NCBI GenBank assembly: GCA_045636665.1
Contig: JAZTXY010000077.1
Location: 1-59,483 of the forward strand
Source: Eubacteriales bacterium
GTDB lineage: Bacteria; Bacillota; Clostridia; Oscillospirales; CAG-382
DNA: 59,483 nucleotides
Reading direction: 5' to 3'
Within the stretch, counting starts at the first letter, position 1, and the number at the start of each line of letters is the position of its first letter. Under the pieces are notes generated by a model that was not told the DNA's origin, searched no databases, and saw only the letters and a list, made by a program, of their open reading frames with translations. Both the position numbers and the translations under genes were made by a program. Shown piece by piece: positions 1 to 10,186 of this stretch.

Positions 1-639
1 AACGCGGCAAGCGGCGGCGCGGAATATAAGGCGTTTTATTTCAACACGGGCGTCGTGCTTCCCGAAGGCACTCTTATTTCCTTTAAGCTCGGAAACAGCT
101 TTGCAAACGGAAGCGCGGTAATGCTGCTTTACAACAGCGCAAACTCGGGCTTCTTCACCAAGGAAAACGCTCAAACTCCGCTTCCCGTTTCGGCAAGCGG
201 TATTTCGGGCAAATATGCTTACGATAACGAAGGCATACTTATCTGCACCAAAGACATTATCGGCGGACATTCCATTACCTCGTCGGTAGTAAACGAAGGC
301 GGCAGCATCAATCCCGAAGGAAAGGTCAGCGTTAACAAGGGTCTTTCCAAAACCTTCTATATCACCGCGCAGGAAGGATACGTTATTAAGCAGGTTCTTA
401 TCGACGGCATTTCGGCAGACGCAGCAATCGGTCAACGCATTTTCAACCACACCTTTGAAAACGTTACCGCAGACCACACCATAAGCGTTGAATTCGAAGC
501 AATCGAAGGTGCGATCGACGGCGAAACCGAGGAGGACGGCGGATTTGCAACCGTCATCGTTATTCTCATCGTTGCTCTCGTTGCTATCGCAGGTGCGGCG
601 GCGCTCTTCATTGTAAAATGGCGTCAGGAAAAATTCTAA
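1..639 (+). CDS. C-terminal part of a surface protein with a divergent InlB-B/Flg_new-like beta repeat and a C-terminal TM anchor (5' truncated by window)
   Basis: Frame is open from position 1. Contains HSITSS..GGSINPEGKVSV..TFYITAQEGYVIKQVLIDG..HTFENVTADHTISVEF, then an acidic linker, a hydrophobic helix and a basic tail (KWRQEKF). Confidence 0.7.
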   Translation, partial: NAASGGAEYKAFYFNTGVVLPEGTLISFKLGNSFANGSAVMLLYNSANSGFFTKENAQTPLPVSASGISGKYAYDNEGILICTKDIIGGHSITSSVVNEGGSINPEGKVSVNKGLSKTFYITAQEGYVIKQVLIDGISADAAIGQRIFNHTFENVTADHTISVEFEAIEGAIDGETEEDGGFATVIVILIVALVAIAGAAALFIVKWRQEKF

Positions 640-657
640 ACCGAAAGAATTTTTAAA

Positions 658-1101
658 ATGAAAGATATAGCAAGCAGATTTTTATCTGCAATAAAAAGAA
701 ACTTAACGCTTACCTCTTGTGTATGCTTGGTTTTCCTCGTTATCGTTATTTTAGTTGCGGTTTTTTCGAACTCCGATGAAACCGCAACCCCCGATTTCGA
801 ATGGGGCGACGGAATAACCGAAGGCATCCCCGCCTTTTCGGGAGAAAACGAAGCTTTTGATGCCGATGACAGCGGAAAATACGCCGCGGCTTATTACACA
901 AACGTGACCGGCGAGCAAGCAAGCGCTTATATCGATACGGTTGAACGGGAATTGGGCGTGACGTTCAGCAACAACGGCTATCCTCGCATCGCAGTGCGCG
1001 ACGGCGATCTTATCGCGGTTCATTACAACGTGACCGAAATGACCTTTTCGATTACCGTAACCGCAAAAAGCAACGGCGAAACATCTACTGATAACACATA
1101 A
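658..1101 (+). CDS. Hypothetical membrane-anchored protein
   Basis: 147-aa ORF with an N-terminal hydrophobic helix; operon-like spacing to neighbours. Confidence 0.65.
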   Translation: MKDIASRFLSAIKRNLTLTSCVCLVFLVIVILVAVFSNSDETATPDFEWGDGITEGIPAFSGENEAFDADDSGKYAAAYYTNVTGEQASAYIDTVERELGVTFSNNGYPRIAVRDGDLIAVHYNVTEMTFSITVTAKSNGETSTDNT

Positions 1102-1118
1102 AGCGGAGCACAGAAACA

Positions 1119-1553
1119 ATGAAATTAACAAATTCTATTAAAGCAATAATCATCGACGGCGCAAAAATCCTTTGCAATAAGCTCGTTGACGAGGACGGTA
1201 CGGTTTTTTACACACTCCCCGGAGGAAAGCAAGAGCCCGACGAGCTTATGCTTGATGCGTTGATTCGCGAAACAAAGGAGGAAACGGGATATACCGTTTC
1301 GCCGAAAAGTCTTTTGTTTATCCGCGAGGGCTTCAAAGACGAATCACACAGAATCGAATTTATGTTTGTTTGCGACATTATAAGCGAATACGAAGAAGAT
1401 AAGCTTATGCGCGACGAATATCAGGTCGGCACAAAATGGCTTTCTATCGACAATATTCTTCACGAGGACCTTCGCCCCGCAGAAATGCGCAACGTTATCA
1501 AGCGTCATTTCTTGGGCAAGGCAAACGAAATTTATCTTGGTAAAATGGAATAG
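1119..1553 (+). CDS. NUDIX hydrolase
   Basis: Nudix box PGGKQEPDELMLDALIRETKEETG; GGAG RBS upstream. Confidence 0.9.
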   Translation: MKLTNSIKAIIIDGAKILCNKLVDEDGTVFYTLPGGKQEPDELMLDALIRETKEETGYTVSPKSLLFIREGFKDESHRIEFMFVCDIISEYEEDKLMRDEYQVGTKWLSIDNILHEDLRPAEMRNVIKRHFLGKANEIYLGKME

Positions 1554-1562
1554 GATAACGAT

Positions 1563-2969
1563 ATGGCACTTTATCTTGCAAACGGCGTAAACGCGAACGC
1601 AGTACATAATTATATTAAAGAAAGCAGCAAAAACGGAATCTTCATCCGCGCGATGCAGATTATAAAGGGCAAAGAGCCGATGCTTCGTATGGCTTTTGAG
1701 CCCTATGACTTCGAATCGCCCATGCATCTTTATTCGCTTTCAAAATCCTTTACCTCCACGGCAGTCGGAATTTGTGTTGACGAAGGCTTGCTTTCGCCCG
1801 ACACGAAAATGTGTGAGCTTTTCGCCGACAAAATGCCCGAGGAAATGACCGACGCTCTGCGCGAGGTCACCCTGCACGACCTGCTTTCGATGCAAAGCGG
1901 ACATACCGCTTGCGTGCTCGACCAAATACGTTGGTTGGACGACCCGATAAAGGGATTTTTTGCAATCCCCACGGTACACAAGCCCGGCACCGTATTCGCT
2001 TACAGCACCGCGGCAACCTGTATGTGCGCGGCGGCGGTCGAAAGAGTTACCGGCAAAAAGCTCGTTGACTTTCTTGACGAGCGACTTTTCCAAAAATTGG
2101 GTATTGAAAAGCCGATTTGGCGCGAAACCAAAAGCGGTCAAACGCTTGGCGGTACGGGACTTGAGCTTTCAAGCGATTCCATTACCAAATTCGGTATTAT
2201 GCTTAAGAACAAGGGCACTTACAACGGCGAACGTATCGTAAGCGAAGAATATCTCGCATTGGCAACCAAGCACCATTCGATCGACCTGAATAACGGCTCG
2301 CCCGATTGGACTGCGGGATACGGTTATCAATTCTGGATCAACGACCGCGAGGGCTATCGCGGAGACGGCGCATTCGGTCAGCTTTGTATGGTATTCCCCT
2401 CGATCGGTACTGTTGTAACGGTTTTGGGCGAGGTCGGCAATATGGCACTTGAGGTCCAATTGATTTATAAGCTTCTCGACAATATGTACGGCGAGGGTTG
2501 CGACCAAAGCGAGCTTGAAGCGCTTACAAAAACCGCATATTCCACCAAAAAAAGCCAAGATTTCAACAACGATTTGACCTTTACCGTTGCGAAAAACCGC
2601 GCCGAGGTAAAAGGCATCCGACTTTTCGGTGAAAAGCTGCTTCACGTTGTGCTCGATACCGAATACGGTCAAAAGGAATTCGTTTGCGGCAACGGCGAAT
2701 ATATTCTTAACCATTATAATATAATGAACCTTGTCCCCTCGATAACCTTCCTCGACCCTGCGGTAAACAGCGTTGAAAGAATAAGCGTATATGCCGCTTA
2801 CGAGATTGCAGAAGACGGCAAGATACTCATAACGCTTCGCCATTATAACACCTGCCACGTTCAGCATTGGGTAATCGACGTTGACGAAAACAAGGTCGAC
2901 ATCCGCCTGCACGCCGGCGATATGATTTGCAATCATTTTGACCTTACACCCGTCGTTATCGGAGAATAA
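1563..2969 (+). CDS. Serine hydrolase, beta-lactamase class C/AmpC-like family
   Basis: SxxK (YSLSKSF), LHDLLSMQSG, PGTVFAYS, GYGYQFW and GDGAFGQ motifs. Confidence 0.85.
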   Translation: MALYLANGVNANAVHNYIKESSKNGIFIRAMQIIKGKEPMLRMAFEPYDFESPMHLYSLSKSFTSTAVGICVDEGLLSPDTKMCELFADKMPEEMTDALREVTLHDLLSMQSGHTACVLDQIRWLDDPIKGFFAIPTVHKPGTVFAYSTAATCMCAAAVERVTGKKLVDFLDERLFQKLGIEKPIWRETKSGQTLGGTGLELSSDSITKFGIMLKNKGTYNGERIVSEEYLALATKHHSIDLNNGSPDWTAGYGYQFWINDREGYRGDGAFGQLCMVFPSIGTVVTVLGEVGNMALEVQLIYKLLDNMYGEGCDQSELEALTKTAYSTKKSQDFNNDLTFTVAKNRAEVKGIRLFGEKLLHVVLDTEYGQKEFVCGNGEYILNHYNIMNLVPSITFLDPAVNSVERISVYAAYEIAEDGKILITLRHYNTCHVQHWVIDVDENKVDIRLHAGDMICNHFDLTPVVIGE

Positions 2970-2978
2970 ACAAAAAGC

Positions 2979-3009
2979 AAGCCCGTTTCGTTATGAAGCG
3001 GGCCTTTTT
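2979..3009 (+). terminator. Intrinsic terminator
   Basis: GCCCGTTTC/GAAGCGGGC stem followed by a T-tract. Confidence 0.7.
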
Positions 3010-3013
3010 ATTG

Positions 3014-3042
3014 TTGACAAAAGCGAAAATATATTTTATAAT
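3014..3042 (+). promoter_or_regulatory. Sigma-A promoter of pgi
   Basis: TTGACA-N17-TATAAT, perfect consensus. Confidence 0.85.
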
Positions 3043-3080
3043 ATTTCGGAAATTTATATATAAATAAAGGAAGAAAAATT

Positions 3081-4418
3081 ATGATCAACTTTAGATACAA
3101 GCAAGCGGAAAGCATTAAAGAATGCGATTTTTCCGCATTTGACGGTCTTCTTGCACAAGCGGATAAATACTTCCGCGAAAAGAGCGGCAAGGGCAACGAT
3201 TTTCTTGGCTGGCGCGACCTCGGTGTGCGCGTTGACAGCGAAGAATACGCTCGCATCAAGGCTTGTGCGGAACGCATCCGCAAAAACAGCGACGTGCTTT
3301 TGGTCGTTGGTATCGGCGGCTCTTACCTCGGCGCTCGCGCGGTCATCGAATACCTCAAAACACCCTATCACAACCAATTAAACGACGGCAACCCCGAAGT
3401 ATATTTCCTCGGCAACTCCTTCTCGGGTTGCGAGCTCAACACAGTTCTTAAGCTTTGCGAAGGCAAGCGTGTCAGCGTAAACGTTATCAGTAAATCGGGC
3501 ACTACCACCGAAAGCGCAGTTGCTTTCCGTATCCTCCGCGAATATATGGAATCGCGTTACGGCAAAAAGGAGGCGGCGGAAAGAACCGTTGCAACCACCG
3601 ATGCAAACCGCGGCGCACTTCTTTCTCTTGCGAAGCAGGAGGGTTACGAATGCTTCGTTATTCCCGATGACGTCGGCGGCAGATTCTCGGTGCTTACCGC
3701 AGTAGGCTTGCTTCCTGCGGCGGTTGCGGGCGTTGATACCGATGCACTTCTCAACGGCGCTTGCGATATGCGCGACTCGATTTTCGCATCGGGACTCGAC
3801 AACGCGGCTTACAAATATGCGGTGCTTCGCAACGTTATGCTTAAAATGGGCAAAACCAACGAGCTTTTGGTCAGCTATGACCCCGATTTCCGCTTTATGG
3901 GCGAATGGTTCAAGCAGCTGTTCGGCGAAAGCGAGGGCAAGGACAAGAAGGGACTTTTCCCTGCGTCGGTCACCTACAGCTCTGACCTCCACTCGCTCGG
4001 TCAGTTCGTTCAGGACGGCTCCCCCATTCTTTTCGAAACCATCGTACGCGCAGTAAATCCCGACCCCGATTCTCCCAAGATTCCCTTTGACGAGCAAAAC
4101 GGCGACGGACTCAATTTCTTAACCGGTATGTCGATGGACGATATTAACGAAAAGGCAATGCTCGGCACACTCCTCGCGCACCGCGACGGCGGTACGGAAA
4201 GCGTTATTATCGATTTCGGCGGCAAGGATGCATATTCCTTGGGCGAATTGATTTATTTCTTCTTCGCATCCTGCGCGGTTTCGGGTTATATTCTCGAGGT
4301 CAACCCCTTCGACCAACCCGGTGTGGAAGCATACAAAAAGAATATGTTTCGATTGCTCGGCAAGCCCGGTTATGATGCAGGCAAAGAAGAGCTTTTGAAA
4401 AAAATCGCGTCGATATAA
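3081..4418 (+). CDS. pgi: Glucose-6-phosphate isomerase
   Basis: GIGGSYLG, SKSGTTTE, VGGRFSVL, QLFGESEGK, DLHSLGQ and NPFDQPGVE motifs. Confidence 0.97.
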   Translation: MINFRYKQAESIKECDFSAFDGLLAQADKYFREKSGKGNDFLGWRDLGVRVDSEEYARIKACAERIRKNSDVLLVVGIGGSYLGARAVIEYLKTPYHNQLNDGNPEVYFLGNSFSGCELNTVLKLCEGKRVSVNVISKSGTTTESAVAFRILREYMESRYGKKEAAERTVATTDANRGALLSLAKQEGYECFVIPDDVGGRFSVLTAVGLLPAAVAGVDTDALLNGACDMRDSIFASGLDNAAYKYAVLRNVMLKMGKTNELLVSYDPDFRFMGEWFKQLFGESEGKDKKGLFPASVTYSSDLHSLGQFVQDGSPILFETIVRAVNPDPDSPKIPFDEQNGDGLNFLTGMSMDDINEKAMLGTLLAHRDGGTESVIIDFGGKDAYSLGELIYFFFASCAVSGYILEVNPFDQPGVEAYKKNMFRLLGKPGYDAGKEELLKKIASI

Positions 4419-4492
4419 CCGAATTCTGACGAAATTTTTTCTGAAAATTGTTAAAAAGTTGAAAATTTTATATCAATTACAGGAAAATACTA

Positions 4493-4521
4493 TTGATTTT
4501 TTTATCCAAATAAAGTAAAAT
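4493..4521 (+). promoter_or_regulatory. Sigma-A promoter
   Basis: TTGATT-N17-TAAAAT upstream of the 4601 gene. Confidence 0.55.
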
Positions 4522-4600
4522 ACTAATAATAGATCGGGCAAACGCACCGGCGCGATGTCCGACTTACAAAATCTATCAGCCGGAAGAACGGAGTTTTATT

Positions 4601-5008
4601 ATGCAACTTTTAGTAGGCTTAAAAGGCACCGGTAAGACCAAGAACCTTATCGAAGCTGTAAACCAAGCATCCTCGGAAACCAACGGTGTTGTTATCTGCA
4701 TCGAATGCGGCAGAAAACTCACTTTCGATATTAAACCTCACGCACGTCTTGTCGACGTTGAAGAATACGGCGTTAAAACTGCCGATGAACTTTACGGTTT
4801 CGTTTGCGGATTGCTCGCAGGTAACTACGATATCACCGAAATCTTCATTGACAGCGCACTTAAAATGTGCGGCGATAACGTTGACGCGTTTGAAGAATTT
4901 GTTTGCAAGGTTGAAAAGATCACCACCGAACATAAAATCGAATGCGTAATGGTCGCTTCGGTTGCGCCCGAATCCCTTTCCGAAAAAACCTCTTGCTTCA
5001 TTAAGTAA
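4601..5008 (+). CDS. Small P-loop-containing protein of unknown function
   Basis: N-terminal Walker-A-like GLKGTGKT and Walker-B-like IFIDS; GGAG RBS. Confidence 0.75.
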   Translation: MQLLVGLKGTGKTKNLIEAVNQASSETNGVVICIECGRKLTFDIKPHARLVDVEEYGVKTADELYGFVCGLLAGNYDITEIFIDSALKMCGDNVDAFEEFVCKVEKITTEHKIECVMVASVAPESLSEKTSCFIK

Positions 5009-5010
5009 TA

Positions 5011-5463
5011 ATGGAAGATAAGAAAATTTCCATACTTAAATGCGGCTTGCGAGCTTTTGGAGCTTATGCGGTCATCAGCTTTCTTTGGACCGCCATTCTC
5101 TCGCTCGGCACTGCCGCCGCATCGGAAGGAACCGCTTCAAGCGTCAGTATGAACGGTATAAGCGAATTTGCAGAGCGTTTGCTTATGGCGAATGCGGCTA
5201 TCGCGCTGTTCTCGGCTGTTTACGGTTTTTCGTTCCTGTTTTTCAGAATCAAGAGCATTTCCTCGACTGCAAAACGCGCGTTGCATATTATCGTTAACTA
5301 TATTTTTGCGATGATCGCCGTGTTCGTTATCCATTCGACCGCACCCAATGCAAACGCATCGACTTGGGTGGTATTGCTCTTCTTCGCAACGTTTATGTTC
5401 TTCATCATTTACGGCATCGCATCACTCGTGGTGTTCTTGACAAGAAGATCAAAGGCGAAATAA
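5011..5463 (+). CDS. Hypothetical integral membrane protein (about 4 TM)
   Basis: Four hydrophobic segments; starts 2 nt after the upstream stop. Confidence 0.7.
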   Translation: MEDKKISILKCGLRAFGAYAVISFLWTAILSLGTAAASEGTASSVSMNGISEFAERLLMANAAIALFSAVYGFSFLFFRIKSISSTAKRALHIIVNYIFAMIAVFVIHSTAPNANASTWVVLLFFATFMFFIIYGIASLVVFLTRRSKAK

Positions 5464-5477
5464 TCGAAATAACAAAT

Positions 5478-5506
5478 AAAACTTCCCGAAAATTCGGGAA
5501 GTTTTT
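5478..5506. terminator. Bidirectional intrinsic terminator
   Basis: AAAACTTCCCGAA-AA-TTCGGGAAGTTTT between convergent genes. Confidence 0.85.
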
Positions 5507-5524
5507 GTTTTACCGTTTTGATAT

Positions 5525-6556
5525 TTAAAGGAATATCGGTCTTTTTTCTTCTGCCGACTTGTAAATCGCCAAAATAACGTCGACCGCGCGTCTGCCGTCG
5601 GCAAGTCCCGACAAGGGCTTTTGACCTTCTCGGATGCAACGAATCGTATCGGAAATTTGGCGGATGTGTCCATCGTTTGAAATTGCGGTGGGGGTTGAAG
5701 CTCCGTTTGTGAACGAGGGCATAAGAACAACGTCGTCGTGACCGCCGCCGTTTTGAATATCCCAACGCACAATCGAGGTTTCATCAAGAACGATCGAGCC
5801 CTTTTCGCCGTTTATATCGAGCCTGCGCGGATATCCGGGATATACCGACGTTGTTGCCTGGATAACACCGGTCGCGCCGCTTTCATATTCAACGACAGCC
5901 GAAAGTGTATCTTCAACCTCGATATTGCGAACCAAGGTCTTTGATACGGCATAAACGCTTTTTATGGAGCCGGCAAGATAAAGCAACAAATCCACGCCGT
6001 GAATACCTTGATTCATCAAAGCGCCGCCGCCGTCGATGCGCTTCGTACCGCGCCACGAGCCGCTGTCGTAATATTCCTGCGAGCGATAATATTTCATATA
6101 AATATCGGCGCAAACGATTTTGCCGAGCAAGCCCTCATCGATGGCGCTTTTTACTTGATTTATGTTTTTTGCATAGCGGTTTTGCGAAATTACCGAAACG
6201 GTAACTCCCGATTTTTTGCATTCCGCCTCACAAGCATCAAGCTGTTCCTTGTTTATTGCGAGCGGCTTTTCGCATATAATATGCTTACCTGCTCTTGCGG
6301 CGGCGATAACCGAAGTGTGATGGTATCCGCTCGGAGTACAAATGCAAACAACGTCGATATCCTTGCAGGATAAAAGCTCAGCTTCATCCTTAAACGCTTT
6401 CGTTCTGTGGCGAGTCGCAAATTTTTCCGCGGCATCAAAAACAACGTCGCAAACACCGACCAAATCGGCATCTGCAATACATTCGTGTATTGCGTTTGCA
6501 TGAAAATCCGCAATAATTCCGCATCCGATGATGCCAAAACCCAATTTTTTCTGCAT
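5525..6556 (-). CDS. Gfo/Idh/MocA family oxidoreductase
   Basis: GIIGCGIIA Rossmann motif, CEKPLA and GGGALMNQGIHGVD. Confidence 0.92.
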   Translation of the reverse strand: MQKKLGFGIIGCGIIADFHANAIHECIADADLVGVCDVVFDAAEKFATRHRTKAFKDEAELLSCKDIDVVCICTPSGYHHTSVIAAARAGKHIICEKPLAINKEQLDACEAECKKSGVTVSVISQNRYAKNINQVKSAIDEGLLGKIVCADIYMKYYRSQEYYDSGSWRGTKRIDGGGALMNQGIHGVDLLLYLAGSIKSVYAVSKTLVRNIEVEDTLSAVVEYESGATGVIQATTSVYPGYPRRLDINGEKGSIVLDETSIVRWDIQNGGGHDDVVLMPSFTNGASTPTAISNDGHIRQISDTIRCIREGQKPLSGLADGRRAVDVILAIYKSAEEKRPIFL

Positions 6557-6655
6557 AAACCGCTACCTCTTATAATTTCTTATCTGCATTTTACCAAATG
6601 AATAATCTGCTGTCAACAAAAAGTTAAAATTAACCTTTTTCTTTTTGCAATTCTA

Positions 6656-6684
6656 TTGACTTTAATGCGATAGTGTGGTATTAT
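6656..6684 (+). promoter_or_regulatory. Sigma-A promoter of serC-serA
   Basis: TTGACT-N17 with extended -10 TGG-TATTAT. Confidence 0.6.
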
Positions 6685-6739
6685 AATCTTTAGATATAAA
6701 TTGGGAAATTTTTTCTTTATATAAAAGGAGATATACATA

Positions 6740-7816
6740 ATGCAACGTATTTATAATTTTTCTGCAGGTCCTTCCATGCTCCCCGAATCGGTGCTTGAAC
6801 AAGCAGCAAAAGAAATGCTCAACTACAACGACAGCGGTATGTCGGTTATGGAAATGAGCCACCGCTCGCCCGTATACCAAGCGATTATCGACACTGCTGA
6901 AGCAGACCTTCGTCAATTGATGAACATTCCCGATAACTATAAGGTTCTTTTCCTTCAAGGCGGCGCTACCCAACAGTTTGCCGCTGTTCCCCTTAACCTT
7001 ATGAATAAAAACGGCAAAGCCGATTATATCGTTTCCGGTCAGTTTTCGAAAAAGGCGGCAGAAGAAGCCGCTAAATTCGGCGAAGTAAATATTATCGCAT
7101 CCTCCAAGGACAGAAACTTTGCTTACATCCCCAAGGTTGAAAGCTTCTCGCCCGATGCAGATTACGTTCACATCTGCTATAACAACACTATTTTCGGCAC
7201 CTGCTTTGACTATATCCCCGACACCGGCGATATCCCTCTTGTTGCCGATATGTCCTCGGGCATCCTTTCCCGTCCCGTTGACGTTTCGAAGTTCGGTCTT
7301 ATCTATGCGGGCGCTCAGAAGAATATGGGCCCCTCCGGTCTTACCGTTGTTATCGTACGCGAAGACCTTTTGGGCAACGCAAGAGAAAACATTCCCGTTA
7401 TGCTTAACTACACCGTTCAAGCTGAAAACGGCTCGATGTACAACACTCCTCCCTGCTATTCGATCTACGTTGCAGGTCTTGTATTCAAGTGGCTTTTGGC
7501 AACCGGCGGTCTTGAAGAACGCGAAAAGATCAACGTAAAGAAAGCAAACATTCTTTACGATTACCTCGACAACTCCAAGCTTTTCAAAGCAACCGCAGAT
7601 AAAGAAGTTCGTTCGCTTATGAACGTTTGCTTTGTAACCGGCGATGCCGACAAGGATAAGGCGTTTGTTTCGGCCGCATCCAAGGCAGGCTTTGTGAACC
7701 TTAAGGGTCACCGCGTTGTCGGCGGTATGCGCGCATCTATCTATAACGCAATGCCCGTTGAAGGTGTTGAAAAGCTGGTTCAGTTTATGGCTGATTACGA
7801 AAAGGAGAACGCATAA
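6740..7816 (+). CDS. serC: Phosphoserine aminotransferase
   Basis: YNFSAGP, MEMSHRS, GAQKNMGPSG (PLP lysine), YNTPP and GHRVVGGMRASIYNA. Confidence 0.97.
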   Translation: MQRIYNFSAGPSMLPESVLEQAAKEMLNYNDSGMSVMEMSHRSPVYQAIIDTAEADLRQLMNIPDNYKVLFLQGGATQQFAAVPLNLMNKNGKADYIVSGQFSKKAAEEAAKFGEVNIIASSKDRNFAYIPKVESFSPDADYVHICYNNTIFGTCFDYIPDTGDIPLVADMSSGILSRPVDVSKFGLIYAGAQKNMGPSGLTVVIVREDLLGNARENIPVMLNYTVQAENGSMYNTPPCYSIYVAGLVFKWLLATGGLEEREKINVKKANILYDYLDNSKLFKATADKEVRSLMNVCFVTGDADKDKAFVSAASKAGFVNLKGHRVVGGMRASIYNAMPVEGVEKLVQFMADYEKENA

Positions 7817-8973
7817 TGTATAATATTAAGTTATATAACAAGATCAGCAAGGTTGGTCTTGACGTATTTAACGAAAACTATAACGTTTCGGAAACCGCCG
7901 AAAAGGCAGAAGGTATTCTCGTTCGCTCTGCGGCATTGCACGAAGAACCTTTTGAAAAGGAGCTTCTTGCTATCGCACGCGCAGGCGCAGGTGTAAACAA
8001 CATTCCGATCGACCGTTGCAGTGAAAACGGCATCGTTGTTTTCAACACCCCCGGTGCAAACGCAAACGGCGTTAAAGAGCTTGCGATTGCCGCGCTTCTT
8101 CTCGCATCGCGCGATATCGTCGGCGGTATCAACTGGGCAAGCTCTCTTAAGGGCACTCCCGACGTTGCAAAGCAGGTTGAAAAGGGCAAGAGCAAATTTG
8201 TCGGCCCCGAAATCAAGGGTAAAACCCTTGGTGTTATCGGTCTCGGCGCAATCGGCGGTATGGTTGCAAACACCGCAAGCGACATTAAAATGAAGGTTGT
8301 CGGCTGTGACCCCTACATTACCGTTAAAAACGCTTGGTCGATCTCCCGTGCGGTTCGCAAGGCAGACGATTACGATGCAATTTATGCGGAAGCAGATTAT
8401 ATTTCCTATCACATTCCTTCGCTTCCCTCAACAAAGGGCATTATCAACAAAGAAAATATTGCAAAGATGAAGGACGGCGTCCGCATTATCAACCTTTCGC
8501 GCGGCGATCTTGCAAATATTCCCGACCTTATTGAAGCGCTTGAAAGCGGCAAGGTTGCTTCTTACGTAACCGACTTCCCCTGTGAAGAGCTTTTGGGTGT
8601 TCCTCACGTTGTTTGCATCCCTCACCTTGGCGCATCGACTCCCGAATCGGAAGACAACTGCGCGGTTATGGCGGCAGAACAGCTTATCGATTACATCGAA
8701 AACGGCAACATCCGCAACAGCGTTAACTATCCCGAAATAGTTCTTAACAGAGCCGAAAGCAACCGTGTTGTTGTTCTTCACCAGAACATTCCCAACATCA
8801 TCACCCAAATCTCTGCGGCACTCGCAAAGGATAATGTAAATATCGAATCGCTTTTCTCGCAGGCAAAGGGTAACAACGCAGTTTCCTTCTTCGACACCAA
8901 CGACGCGATCAACCAAGTCGTTATCGATGACATCACTGCAATCGCAGGTGTTGTAAAGGTTCGCGCTCTTTAA
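7816..8973 (+). CDS. serA: D-3-phosphoglycerate dehydrogenase with C-terminal ACT domain
   Basis: ARAGAGVNNI, GLGAIG, PHLGAST and HQNIPN (ACT); overlaps the serC stop. Confidence 0.92.
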   Translation: MYNIKLYNKISKVGLDVFNENYNVSETAEKAEGILVRSAALHEEPFEKELLAIARAGAGVNNIPIDRCSENGIVVFNTPGANANGVKELAIAALLLASRDIVGGINWASSLKGTPDVAKQVEKGKSKFVGPEIKGKTLGVIGLGAIGGMVANTASDIKMKVVGCDPYITVKNAWSISRAVRKADDYDAIYAEADYISYHIPSLPSTKGIINKENIAKMKDGVRIINLSRGDLANIPDLIEALESGKVASYVTDFPCEELLGVPHVVCIPHLGASTPESEDNCAVMAAEQLIDYIENGNIRNSVNYPEIVLNRAESNRVVVLHQNIPNIITQISAALAKDNVNIESLFSQAKGNNAVSFFDTNDAINQVVIDDITAIAGVVKVRAL

Positions 8974-8984
8974 TTTCCAACAAC

Positions 8985-9012
8985 AAAAACGGCTCCGTAT
9001 CGGAGCCGTTTT
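8985..9012. terminator. Bidirectional intrinsic terminator
   Basis: AAAAACGGCTCCG-TAT-CGGAGCCGTTTT. Confidence 0.85.
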
Positions 9013-9023
9013 CTTTTTGCTTT

Positions 9024-10064
9024 TTATTCGATAAACATCGCGTCGCCAAAGGAGAAGAAGCGATATTTTTTGCTTACCGCCTCGCGGTAGGCGTTCATTG
9101 TGTTTTCATAACCCGCAAACGCGCAAACAAGCATAATCAACGTGCTTTCGGGCAGGTGGAAGTTGGTTATCATCGCATCAACACACTTAAACCTCACACC
9201 GGGATGAATGAATATCGAGGTATCTCCCTCGTAAGGGTGAATAATTCCGTTTTCGTCGGTCGCGGTTTCAAGCGTACGCACGCTTGTTGTGCCGACGGCG
9301 ATAACGCGTCCGCCGCGCGCGTGTACGGCATTTATTCTGTCCGCCGCTTCTTGTGTTACTTTAATATATTCGGCGTGCATTATATGGTTTTTAAGGTCAT
9401 CCTCCTTAACGGGACGGAAGGTGCCCAAGCCGACGTGAAGAAGCACGCGCACTATCTCGACGCCCTTTTCCTCTGCCTTTTTCAACAATTCGGGTGTAAA
9501 ATGAAGGCCTGCGGTCGGCGCGGCGGCAGAGCCGTCGGTTTTTGCATAAACAGTTTGATAACGGTTTTTATCGTCAAGCTTTTCGGTAATATAGGGCGGA
9601 AGCGGCATTAATCCGACTCGGTCGAGTATTTCGGCAAAAACGCCGTTATATTCAAACCTTATCACGCGGATACCGCCCTCAAGCACGTCGGTAACAACGC
9701 CTTGCAGTTCATCGGAATAAATAACCCTTTGACCTGTTTTCGTCTTTTTGCCGGGTCGGGTAAGGCATTTCCAAACCTCGCCATCTTCGCCCTCAACGCG
9801 AGAAAGCAAAACCGTTTCGACGTCACCCTCTCTGCCCTCCGCTTTGCCGAAAAGACGTGCAGGGATAACCTTGGTATCATTGATAACAAGGCAATCTCCC
9901 TCTTTAAGGCGGTCGATTATATCGTGAAAGGTCTTATGCTCGACACTTCCGTCGGCTTTGCCAAGACACAAAAGGCGCGACATATCGCGCACGGGCGACG
10001 GAGTTTGGGCAATAAGCTCCTCGGGAAGGTCATAAAAATAGGTTGAGCGTTTTAAAAGGTCCAT
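9024..10064 (-). CDS. queA: S-adenosylmethionine:tRNA ribosyltransferase-isomerase
   Basis: LPEELIAQ, PLPPYI, YQTVYA, AAPTAGLHF, TNFHLPESTL and YRFFSFGDAM. Confidence 0.97.
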   Translation of the reverse strand: MDLLKRSTYFYDLPEELIAQTPSPVRDMSRLLCLGKADGSVEHKTFHDIIDRLKEGDCLVINDTKVIPARLFGKAEGREGDVETVLLSRVEGEDGEVWKCLTRPGKKTKTGQRVIYSDELQGVVTDVLEGGIRVIRFEYNGVFAEILDRVGLMPLPPYITEKLDDKNRYQTVYAKTDGSAAAPTAGLHFTPELLKKAEEKGVEIVRVLLHVGLGTFRPVKEDDLKNHIMHAEYIKVTQEAADRINAVHARGGRVIAVGTTSVRTLETATDENGIIHPYEGDTSIFIHPGVRFKCVDAMITNFHLPESTLIMLVCAFAGYENTMNAYREAVSKKYRFFSFGDAMFIE

Positions 10065-10186
10065 AAAGTTTCCTTTTCCTTACTTTCGGAATATACTTAT
10101 TTCGAGAGCGCTTGGGTTGTTCCAAGGATATTTTTAACATTATACTACATCGTCTAAAAATTTTCAACAGAAAAGGAAAATATAGC

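Noticed and set aside
1563-2969. Antibiotic-resistance beta-lactamase
   Set aside because: There is no signal peptide, it has YST rather than YxN, and it has a long C-terminal extension. This fits the broad cytoplasmic serine-hydrolase family, so resistance cannot be claimed.
4536-4565. c-di-GMP-I riboswitch suggested by GGGCAAAC
   Set aside because: It lacks the GNRA-capped P2, the GCAAAGC junction and the P3 receptor stem. Only a simple hairpin is supported.
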